From Dimorphilus gyrociliatus (lineage: Eukaryota; Animalia; Annelida), in NCBI GenBank assembly GCA_904063045.1, contig CAJFCJ010000012.1, positions 1,550,001 through 1,614,000 on the forward strand: a stretch of DNA of 64,000 nucleotides, in the 5' to 3' direction. Shown one piece after another: positions 39,701 through 50,372 of the stretch (its first letter is position 1; every line of letters begins with the position of its first letter). The translations under genes and the position numbers were made by a program. The notes beneath the pieces were generated by a model. That model was not told the origin of the DNA. It did not search any database and saw only the letters and a program-made list of their open reading frames with translations.

Positions 39701-40823
39701 TTCTCTTTCTTCTTTCGTAAGTGCACTTTGTCTTAGGAATTTTTCGAATTCTTTATTTCCAATGTAATACTCATTTGCGTAATAATCTTTTAGCATTGTC
39801 TCCATGGATGATTTTCTAGTTTGTCTATTTTTATAAGATAACGGCTCATCCTCTATTTCTAGTTCAGAAGAGCATCTATGCTGTTCATAAATTCTGTGAT
39901 TCTTAATAATATTTAAAACAGAAATTTCTCTTTTTATATTTTTTGCCTTTTCTATTTCTTCCCTTTGGGCTTCTTCTTTTTCTTCTTCTTCTTCCTCTTC
40001 CTCCTCCTCTTCTCCTTGTCTTTTCCCTACTTTCGCTTTAGTTTCTTCGTTTTCCTGTCTTTGTTGTCCTCCAACTTCATCCTCTTCTTTTTTTCCATCT
40101 ATTTCTTGCTGTTCTTCTTCTGCTTCTATTTTATTATCATCTCTTCCTTGTTCTTCTTCCTTAACCTCATCCTCTTCTTCGTTATTTTCATCTCTTTCTT
40201 GTCCCTCATCTTCATCACCTTTTACTTTAGCTTCGTCTCTTTCTTGTTTCTCTTCTTTTTCCCCTTCTTCTGAGGAGAGAATTGATGCAGGAAGCATTGT
40301 TGTTTTAAAGGACTCTGATGAAAAAGTCAAACTTTGTATTGTACTTTCATCATCTGAATTTTTTCAGTAAAGCAAATTGAGAAAAAAAGAGAAAAGTATG
40401 AAAAATATCTCTTTCATGAATAATTGTTCCCGTACCATCATAAAACTTATCATTTAATGATTCTTGAAGAGTATTTGAAGGGGATTTTGTCAAATTTTCT
40501 ATTTTTTTTTCTTTTGATAAAGTAAAACTTAATTATGATAAAATTAATAATAAAACTTCAATCAATTATTTACTGAAGAAATCATAGGGACAAACTTCTT
40601 TATTCAATGAACTGGAATATGATAATTTTGTCATCAAAACGTCTCTTTTCGTTGGTTGGGTGTTTAAATCAAATTCTGGATAAGATTTTAAATAGAATTA
40701 AAAATTAATTAATAAAATAATTATAAATATGGAACCAATTTCAGATTTTCTCCAGATTTCTACTGATTGATTGATAGGGTTATCTTCAATTGATTGCTGA
40801 GATTCTGCTGAACTAAGAGCCAT
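36739..40823 (-). CDS. ~1179-aa protein: long Glu-rich and Lys/Ser-rich low-complexity N-terminus fused to a degenerate pyrroline-5-carboxylate reductase (PYCR/ProC) domain
   Basis: Phase-compatible exons 40823-40736, 40675-40574, 40510-40436, 40353-39129, 39073-37734, 37662-37430, 37363-37151, 37081-36989, 36909-36739 (3540 nt). C-terminal [40 protein letters not shown] is a clear P5CR dimerisation-domain match, and KLGFIG is the first Rossmann strand. The start codon choice is uncertain. Confidence 0.8.
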
Positions 40824-41464
40824 AGTAGATTGACAAATATCTAAATGACAAGAAAATGAAACGCTTTCTGACACTTTCTAACTTTGAATACGTAAAAAAA
40901 AAGAAACTTACGTAAAGAATGTAAATCGGTTGTAGAAGAGAAAGTTAACGATAAATTTTTGCTACTTTGAATTAAAGAAAATAACGTTTTTCTCAGCCAA
41001 TTTGAGTTGCTATCATTCAATTTTCGATTAATTAACGTATTTATAGAGTCAATGTTAAAATTTACATTGAATTTGTAGAATTAAAATCATAAAGGGTATT
41101 ATAAGGGAAAAGTAGATTTATTAAGATTATCTATACAATTGATTTTTAAATGATTATTCATTTAAGTCTTGTTTTAAAATAGGAATTTATTAAATTTTTT
41201 ACGATAGAGAATGATGTTTTGAATTTTTCAAATTTTAATATTTATTAATATTAAAATTTAACGGTCATTCTCTTTTAATGATTATACATCATTTCATTTA
41301 TATTTAATTGATTCATATATTTAATTAATATATGATTATGTTTAATATCTGTATTTATTTATTCGTTTTCTAAATTCTCCATAAGAAAATAAGAGAAAAA
41401 CTGCAGACTTTACACGATTTCTATCTCATTGATTAATTTCATTTAGAATTCTATAATTGAATGA

Positions 41465-42566
41465 TTAAGCTAAAGCTAATTCGTGCGCTGCAGCATATCT
41501 TCCATATGCACAATGGAATAATTGCCTTTCGATATCTCCAAGCAAACTAGAGGCACCCAATCTAAACATTTCATTATTCACCCATTCATCACCCAACTCT
41601 TCTTTCATTAATGATAGCCAAGTAAGAGAATCCTTAGCTGTTCTTATACCGCCAGCCGGTTTAAAGCCAACTTTTATTCCAGTTTTTTGGTAGTAATGTC
41701 TTATCGCTCTTACCATAACCAAGGCAACTGGTAAAATAGCATTTACTGATTCTTTTCCAGTAGACGTTTTAATAAAATCAGCGCCAGCCATCATACAAGT
41801 CATTGACGCTTTATAAATGTTTGTCATACTTCCTAATTCACCAGTCGCCAGAATTGTTTTCATGTGAGCATTTCCGCATGCTATTTTCATTTCTTTAACC
41901 TCTTCGAAAACCTATCGATTTTGTTTAAAGTTTTAATATAAGTGATAGATTTCAGAATGAGTAAATGTGTTTATGCTTACCTTTTCCCATTCGCCATTCA
42001 ATGCATAAGTTCTATTGATTACAATATCAATTTCTGTTGCACCATCAGCAACTGCTCTTCTAATTTCTTCTAATCTACAACTCAATGGTGTTTGACCAGC
42101 TGGAAAGCCAGTAGCTACAGATGCAATTTTAATACTAGTGTCGGCACTGCAAAGTAATACAAATTATTTGTCATGTTAGACTTTATTCATTTGCAAATAA
42201 TAAAGAATAAGGAGAAGAAATGTACTTTAAGCTTTTCAAGATTTCCTTACATTCGGCAACTCTGTTTGGATAGACACAAACTGCGCCTACTTTAATCCCT
42301 TTAGTTTGCATACCAAAATAACGAACAATATCATCCCTTACAGGTCTGACGGCCTTATGACACAGTCTTTGAACATTAGAGCGAGTGTCATCTCCTGAGA
42401 GAGTAGTTAAATCGATACAAGTAACAGCTCTAAAAAGCCAGGCGGCTTGATAGCTCTTTTTAACCGATCGTCTCTTTCCAAGTTCTCCTGCTCGTTTTTT
42501 AATGGCAGGCAAATTAAAATTTTCCTCTGTCAACCACGATTCATTGAAATTAACGCCGTTGTTCAT
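41465..42566 (-). CDS. DERA: Deoxyribose-phosphate aldolase
   Basis: Exons 42566-42226, 42146-41981, 41911-41465. Motifs IDLTTLSGDDT, AVCVYP, VATGFPAGQ, KTILATGEL, ADFIKTSTGKE, GFKPAGGI. Confidence 0.97.
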
Positions 42567-42849
42567 GCTTTTCGTAATTGATAGTTCAAATGAACTTTGT
42601 CCTTCTGATGAGCGAAAATAAGGAATTGATCATATGCGGCGGAAGTATTGGTGGACGATGTTTCGCTCAAGTTTCAAAACTAGTTAAACCAGTTTATAGA
42701 TAAAGTTGTAAAAAATAAATAAACTATTTTATATAAAAAATAAAAATTATTAAATTGTATAAAAGATATAATTATTTCATATATTCCTTAAAAAAAAGCA
42801 ATACAATTTCTTATATTTAGTACCATCCTGAAGTTAGTGTGTCCGTAAG
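42567..42849. promoter_or_regulatory. Bidirectional promoter DERA/COPS8
   Basis: Head-to-head start codons 283 bp apart; ETS core GCGGAAGT at 42639-42646. Confidence 0.7.
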
Positions 42850-43507
42850 ATGGCTACTGGAGAAGGCTGTACGACCAATTTTCAGCGATTATTAGCTGAA
42901 TTGGAACAGAACGAACTTGAACATCCAAATGAAAATAACGAACAGAACTATAGCTTACTTATAGCTTTATATATGCTCGAAAATGACTTGAACAATGCTC
43001 GTTATACGTGGAAACGAGCGGCAGTTTGTTCTCCAGCTTCGTCCAGTGAACTTCAACAAGTTTGGAATTGTGGTAAGAGACTATGGGAAAAAGATTACCA
43101 AGGTTTTTATAAGGCTTTAAACTTTAATTGGAGTGAACGCCTAAAGCCAGTAATGTTTGAATTGGAAGGTAAAAATCTTTTCACTATGATCAATTGTATA
43201 TCTCAGTAAAATAGAACTTTGAAATCGATAACTGACATTTTTTCTAACAGGACGAATAAGGCAAAAAATGTTAGATCTTGTGGCGTTTGCCTACACTTCA
43301 GTTTCTCTCACTGACTTGTCAGCATTTTTTGGTCTACCTGAGAATGAGGCGGTCGATATGGTACAGAAACTAGGCTGGGCTTACAATCAAGAGACTAGAA
43401 TGCTTTCTCCAGTATGCAGGGATAAATCATCTGTTGCTGGGCCCTCAACAAATGATCATCTAGAAAGGTTGACTAAATTTGTAAACTTTTTGGAAACTAT
43501 GAATTAG
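42850..43507 (+). CDS. COPS8: COP9 signalosome subunit 8
   Basis: Exons 42850-43168 and 43251-43507. Motifs ELEQNELE, LLIALYMLENDLNNARYTWKR, VWNCGKRLW, LVAFAYTSVS, LERLTKFVNFLE. Confidence 0.93.
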
Positions 43508-44010
43508 CGTAATAGACAATACATAGCATTGTTGCAAGTAATGTAAATATTGGATGGAAATAATTTTTGTTTCTACAAATTGAATAAAGGTTATCTGTTT
43601 TATAATTAAAATAGAAACAACTTTTTGTAATAAGAAGTTTGTTGTATTTTATATGATGTTGAAGACAAGATATTGTAGTACACATATTATATTTTGCTTT
43701 AAACAAACTTCTTAAAAATAAGATTATTAAGAATTTAAACTCCTATTAATTTCCCCCTTTATTTCATCGTAATGCTTTCAAGTGTAACAACGCGACTATG
43801 GAAGCCAAATTGAGACGATTCTCTCATACTGATATACATTGTCATAATAAATTGCGACAATATTTGTACCATTATATTATAATATATATTGTATATATTC
43901 CATAACGAAAGTCAATATTTTAATTGTCACACCACTCCAACGTATTCTCAAATCAATTTAACTTTTGAAGAATTTTCCCAAGTTATTTAATTTGATAGTT
44001 TGATAGCCAT

Positions 44011-45581
44011 TTAAGCCACCAATACGACGAAAATGATGAAGAAAAAAATTAAAATTCCGAATACTTTTATCATAAGCCACCTATTAGATGTTACTGATTG
44101 AAAATACTTCAGAATTTCACTATGTGCAGCTTCAACATTTAACTGAGTATTCTCAACATTCGAATCAATCCTATAAAAAAGCAATTTTTTGGTTAATAAA
44201 ACATTAAAATAAGATTGTCTTTTATTTTAATACAAACCTTTGAACCATTTCTTCCTGCTCGTGAATCATAACAGCTAATTTCTCAAAAATACTTCCTAAT
44301 TCAACAATCGTTTCTTCAACCTTTTTCATATCATCTGCTCTATCTTGTATATAAGCATCTTGTTGTTCGATGAGCTGCAATTGTTGTTGGTATTGTGGAG
44401 ATCCGTGAGATGACGAAGTATCCATGTTTATGCTAACAAGACCATTTTGCGAGTTAGCTGCCGCAGCTTGAGCAGCAGCTTCATCCTTCATAATCAATGA
44501 ATGCTCTGAAAACACAAATTATATAATATATTGTACATTACATATAAATACATATAAATTTTAATTATTAGACTATTGCTTACTGGCTTCTGCTGCTGCC
44601 GGCGGTGCAGACGATAATCTTTGAGGTTGGGTAAATTGTTCTCTTCTTGCCTTTTGTTCCTTCATACTCTATTGTTTTTTGCACAACAAATATATTAGTA
44701 TGTATATATATATATATATTTTTGTATATATAATATAAAAATATAGAAAAAAACCTCTGTTCGAGTTTCCAAAACATTTTTTAAGTCGCATGATACATTA
44801 GCCAAACGGGACTAGAAAAATAATAAAAGAATATAAATTATTTACTAATTAACCAAGTAGAAAAAGAAATTAAATATACCTGTAAAGAGATAACTACAGT
44901 ACTAGAATGAAGTTGTTTATGTCTACTATTTGACTGTTTTTCTCTCGAAAACTGTTAAAAATTTTAATTTTAGTGAGTATATTTTTCTAATCGATCGAAA
45001 TGTACAGAAATATATTACATACTTTCTGCAGATTATCGATATCAGAATTCAATTGATTAATGTCTTGTTTAATTATATATGTTAATTCTTGAATTTCCAT
45101 AGGTTGATCATCGAAAAGAGACTTTCTTTTTACAACTAATAATGATAATAATAATAATTATTATTATAAATATAAGAAAAACACTCCTATTAATAGTTTA
45201 ATAGTAAATTTTCTTACGTAGAGAGAGTTTTTCTAGTTTTTCGCAAGTATGTGCTAAATCTCGCCCAATTTTTCTGTTTTATTCGAATTATATAAATTTA
45301 AAAATATTTTTAGTTTCCTCATCATTTATTTCGTAATCCTGTTAAAGATTTAATTATAATTTATCTCACCTTGCTACTTGCATGAACTGACTTCTTTGTT
45401 GTAATTTATTTACAGGTTTAACAACTGATCCATTATTGAGTTGCTACAATAAGGTGTCGGAGTTAACGAGGAAGAGTTGTTAAATATGGTTTTTAACTTA
45501 AAAATATATCCTTACCTGTTTCGATGATATAGATTTAATAACCGATTGAAATTCTCCGGTTCTGTCTCTGAAGTTATTCAT
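44011..45581 (-). CDS. STX5: Syntaxin-5 (cis-Golgi Qa-SNARE)
   Basis: About 9 short exons between 45581 and 44011. N-peptide FRDRTGEF, KRKSLFDD..EIQELTYIIKQDI, SNARE motif VEETIVELGSIFEKLA..EQEEMVQRIDSNV, C-terminal TM SNRWLMIKVFGILIFFFIIFVVLVA. Confidence 0.95.
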
Positions 45582-45930
45582 ATTTACTCCACCTTCTATT
45601 GATAAACTTTCTTCGTAGCTTTTATTCGTTGAATTTATCCACAAAAGGTTCTTTGAAAAGCTTTCTGAGTTTATTCTTATTTAGAGTTTTTCGTCGACTT
45701 CTTCACTTTGAGATTAGAGGATAAGTTAGTAGGATAATGTTATGGTTGCAGTGTGGTAATCACGACAAAAATATTTTCCTCAGAAATAGGAAGATGATAA
45801 AAATTCTTGGTATAATTAACAGAGTCGATTTGCGATTTCGATTGTCATCAATAAATCTAAAGCTTTAGCTATTAGCTCTTAATTACCTGCAGTTAGCAAG
45901 ACCTGACTCACAAGTTAAACGCAAACTTCG

Positions 45931-45960
45931 CCAATCGTCCACGAAACCACCGTGACGTCA
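45931..45960. promoter_or_regulatory. STX5 upstream CCAAT box and palindromic CRE
   Basis: CCAAT at 45931-45935 and TGACGTCA at 45953-45960, ~370 bp upstream of the STX5 ATG. Confidence 0.45.
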
Positions 45961-46435
45961 TAACAGTAACGCACTAAAAACCTATCTATATAGAGTGGTA
46001 CCCGGGAGTCCACAGATGATTTTTCATTCTCAAAGTCAAAAAGTAGATGGTACAGTGATAACATCATTTTTATTGGTAAAAAAAATAGTAAAATGAAAAA
46101 AGTAATTTCAAAGCGCAAAAAATTTCAACTAGAAGTATATAAAAACTTGAGCAATCATTCCATTGTCGATAAAGAGTTTTTTAAGTCGAGAAAAACTCAT
46201 GTAAAATTATTTCCTAATGGAGATTTTAGTTTAGCAGCGATTTTCTCCTTGTTTAGAACCATTCTTCCCTAATAAAAATACAGAAGTTTATAAAATTATC
46301 AAAACATAAAAAATACTGTTAAATATTGTATTTTACAAAAGATAAAAAGTAAAATAAACAATTTTCTCCATATTTAACATTTAGGAGATAATGTTTAATA
46401 ATGGAATTGTTCTAATGTTCTAATTAGAATCATTT

Positions 46436-46847
46436 TTACAACGAACCATTCTGTTTATACTGCCATGGTCTTCTGCACATCGGACATAACTCTTGAGATT
46501 GTTGCGAACTTATCCATGCTTCGATACAATGCAGATGAAAACAATGTTTGCAAATTCCCCAAGCTTTAAAAATATTATTTTAACAATTATTCAGAGTTGT
46601 TTTCAATATAATAACATTTTAAAAAATTTCATACCTAATGGACAATCATCTCCTGGAATTTTGCAATTTGGACAACAAGATTCAAAAGACATGCGGCAAA
46701 TACCGCAATCATCATCCACAGATTTCCATTTCCAAACAGCTACTCCAGTTATATCTGTTTTTAATAATTATTTAGAAATATGTTAAAAGAATTTAATAAA
46801 ATACTTATCAAACCTCCATACGTTATCTTCAGGCGACAATCAGTCAT
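46436..46847 (-). CDS. ANAPC11: Anaphase-promoting complex subunit 11 (RING-H2), 93 aa
   Basis: Exons 46847-46814, 46754-46635, 46563-46436 (282 nt) encode [93 protein letters not shown]. Absent from the ORF track. Confidence 0.96.
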
Positions 46848-47019
46848 AATAATAACATAAGATTGTTTTTTACCAGATTTGTAACAGGAAGTCGACAGTA
46901 TATAAGGAGCTAGACAAACGTTGATTGGTTAATATCAAGTTAAAATCTATACATTCGACAGTCTTCAGGCAGTGAGCGGTATAGCTATAAACAGGAGGCA
47001 GTTTATCCATAGTATCAAT
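46848..47019. promoter_or_regulatory. Bidirectional promoter ANAPC11/OXCT1
   Basis: Start codons 172 bp apart; ETS core ACAGGAAGT at 46884-46892; ATTGG near 46924. Confidence 0.7.
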
Positions 47020-49497
47020 ATGGCGTCTGTTATGCAAAGATTTGTGTTTCGAAAATATTTTTCGAAAGCCTTTTTAAAACATCAAGTGGTTTCTTCAGTA
47101 AATCAAATTAAAATTATTAAATATTATTAAGTTTCCATACTTTTTTTATTGTTTATATAAGTGTAAGTTAACTTTGCAGGCTTCAGCTTTTTCAACGTGC
47201 ACAGCTAATCGAGCAAAGTTATACAAATGTACAAACGAAGCAGTTGCCGATATTCCCGACGGTTCAACTATTCTTGTAGGAGGTAAATAAAGTTTTGAAT
47301 AGTAAAACTTTTACTTAATTTGCATTTGGTGTATATAGCTATTTAATTGATAGATTTGTATCTATAGTGTTGTACTGTTGATACGGGTATAACCCGCTTT
47401 TTATTGTTTACCTTTTAATTGCCTTTCTACTTTTATAATTTCCGGAGTATCTACTATATTATATCTAAAATAGATATTTGTGAGCTATACCAACCCTGTT
47501 GTATTTATTTAATGGATAGTTTAAATAGACAAAACCTTTGACTGTAGTGTTCAAGGTCGTCAATAACCATGAAGATAATTCACAATTTTTATCAATTTTC
47601 GATGAATTATCCGATCATAAGTCGTGAACAGAGTTTACAGTTCAGTTGATAAATTGATAAAAAAATGTATCAACAACCTAATAACTTGTTTATTTTTATG
47701 AAACTACTAACCTTTTACCTTTGAAAGGTTTCGGACTTTGTGGAATTCCTGAAAATCTTATTCTTGGATTGTTAAAGTCTGGTAGTAAACAACTAACAGC
47801 AGTCAGCAATAATGCCGGAGTTGATGATTTTGGACTTGGACTACTCCTCCAAACGAAGCAAATTAAACGAATGATTTCGTCTTATGTTGGCGAGAATGCA
47901 GAATTTGAAAGGCAATACTTAGCTGGAGAATTAGAAGTTGAATTAACTCCACAAGGAACTCTTGCTGAAAGAGTAATTATATCCCACATTTATTTATTCT
48001 ATGATAATAATGTTTTTGTTTCAATTTTTAAGGTCAGGGCTGGAGGAGCAGGAGTTGCCGCATTTTTCACACCTACCGCCTTTGGAACTTTAATACACGA
48101 AGGTGGATCACCCATTAAATATAATCCAGACGGAAGTGGTATTGAAATTGCCAGCGAAGCTAGAGAACACAGGGTTTTCAATGGTAGAGATTTCATCATG
48201 GAAACGGCCATAACTGGAGACTTTGCATTAGTTAAAGGTAGAGCTAAAATTTAGAATTAGTGTTGTTTCCTTTTTTTTAACTTTCGCTAATTTCATTTTA
48301 TAAAATAGGCTATAAAGCTGATGAAGCTGGAAATGTTATATTTAGAAAAGCAGCTAGAAATTTTAATCCAGCTATGGCAAGAGCAGCAAAGACAACTATT
48401 GTCGAGGTGGAAGAGATTGTGCCTGCGGGAAGTCTATCTCCTGAAGAAGTGCATTTGCCTGGTGTCTACGTTGATAGAATTGTTAAAGGCCCAAAATATG
48501 AAAAACGTATTGAAAGAAGAACATTAACTCAACCAGCATCAAAGAAAAATGATAATAAATCAAATCCTGCTATGGAGATGCGTCAAAGAATAATAAAACG
48601 TGCAGCCTGCGAATTTAAAGATGGCATGTACGCCAATTTGGGTATTGGAATGCCAATGTTGGCTAGTAACTACATACCAAAAGGTATGTCCGTCAATTTG
48701 CAAAGTGAAAATGGCATTTTAGGATTGGTTAGTATTCTATTATCAATGAGAGTCTTACTATAACTGAAAAATAATTATCTTTTCTTTATTATTAAAGGGT
48801 CCTTTCCCAGTTCCGGGCGAAGAAGATGCCGATTTGATTAACGCTGGAAAAGAAACTGTAACAGTTTTACCTGGTGCATCATTCTTTGGTAGTGATGAAA
48901 GCTTTGCAATGATTAGAGGGTAGGACAACAAAAATCAAATTTATAGACAACATCTATTTATATATGATGATAAAAAATATTTCAACAGTGGTCACATTGA
49001 CTTGACTATTCTTGGAGCCATGCAAGTTTCGCAATATGGAGATATTGCCAACTGGATGATACCGGTATTTTTTTTCTTTTAATAAAATCGAGTATGAAAG
49101 TTAAACTGAGCAATCTCTTTACTTTTTCAGGGTAAAATGGTTAAAGGAATGGGAGGAGCAATGGACTTGGTTTCGAGTCATGGCACAAAAGTTGTTGTCA
49201 CAATGGAACATACAGCCAAAGGCGGAAAACATAAGATATTAAACGAATGCAATTTACCTCTTACAGGAAAACAATGCGTTGATATGATTATTACAGAAAA
49301 GGTATAAACAATATATTCATATACTGTTCTTAATACTATTATACTTGAAATGTTTTCAGGCTGTATTCGAAGTGAATAGAGAAAAGGGTTTGAAGTTAAT
49401 CGAAATTGCTGATAATGTTGATGTACAGAACGTCATCGAATCAACGGAATGTGAATTCGAAGTAGCCGAGGATTTAAAACCAATGCAAATGATCTAA
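47020..49497 (+). CDS. OXCT1: Succinyl-CoA:3-oxoacid CoA-transferase (SCOT), mitochondrial
   Basis: Exons 47020-47097, 47180-47282, 47728-47972, 48033-48237, 48310-48727, 48798-48919, 48989-49064, 49131-49301, 49360-49497. Presequence-like N-terminus, [47 protein letters not shown]. Confidence 0.97.
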
Positions 49498-50372
49498 ATC
49501 AGTAGATGAACAATCATAAAATTAAAACATAGTATAAATTGTTTTGAAAAAAGAGAACTTTATTGATATCGAAAAAAATGAATGGTACTACTTAAAAAAC
49601 CAATAATAACGGTATTCAAATAATAAATATGTTTGCTTAAAACAAAATGAAAACTTTAATAAATTTTAATTAAGTAGAAAAAAGAAAGTTTCCTTTTTGT
49701 TTACCTTCCATTTTTTCGCATTTTCAAAAAGGTCCAAATTTGTTAATCTGTGCTTTTTTTCTTTTGAAATAAATAATAAATACATTTTGAAATATGTTAA
49801 AAATGAAGCTTATGCATTCCGGACTGAGTGTGCTATTGATTTATATACTCCATATTTCATGTAGATTAATTTATATTCATCATTTTGATGGGTATATAGA
49901 CATTATTACGATACATGTATATATATATACAGTGTATATAGATATACTTTATACTTTATTTATTTCAATATAAATTCGATATTTTTCAACATAAATGCTT
50001 AAGACATTAGATCTGCAAAAAAAAAGAAAACAAATTAATTTATCTACGCCCCTTAAATCAATAAAAATAGAAGAAAAGTTTAAGGGAAAAGTTAAAGCAA
50101 AAATATTATTTTCTTATTTTTTTTTTTTCATTTTTAAAAGATTAGATTTGAACTTTTTACAAACATGTTTAGAATAAACGTTTTGTTAACTTGAACAGCG
50201 TTTTTAATACTGAGCAACATTTGTGAAGGAAATTCGTTTAAATAGCTTAGATCGATTTATATTAGTCATTTAGATTATTAATTGTGAATAATTTAATTTC
50301 TTTTCATTTCCATTTTAAAATCACAGACTAATTATAAAACATCACATTTTTTCTATAAATTTTAATAAAATT

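Noticed and set aside
39965-40273. Phe/Leu-rich apparent membrane protein ORF on the plus strand
   Set aside because: Reverse complement of the GAA-rich poly-Glu tract of the PYCR-fusion gene.
26915-40823. Functional link between tRNA-Pro and the proline-synthesis-like gene
   Set aside because: 10 kb and two genes apart in a eukaryote, and the enzyme looks inactive; coincidence is sufficient.
45931-45943. ERSE-like CCAAT...CCACG upstream of STX5
   Set aside because: Spacer is 3 nt rather than the 9 nt required for a canonical ERSE.
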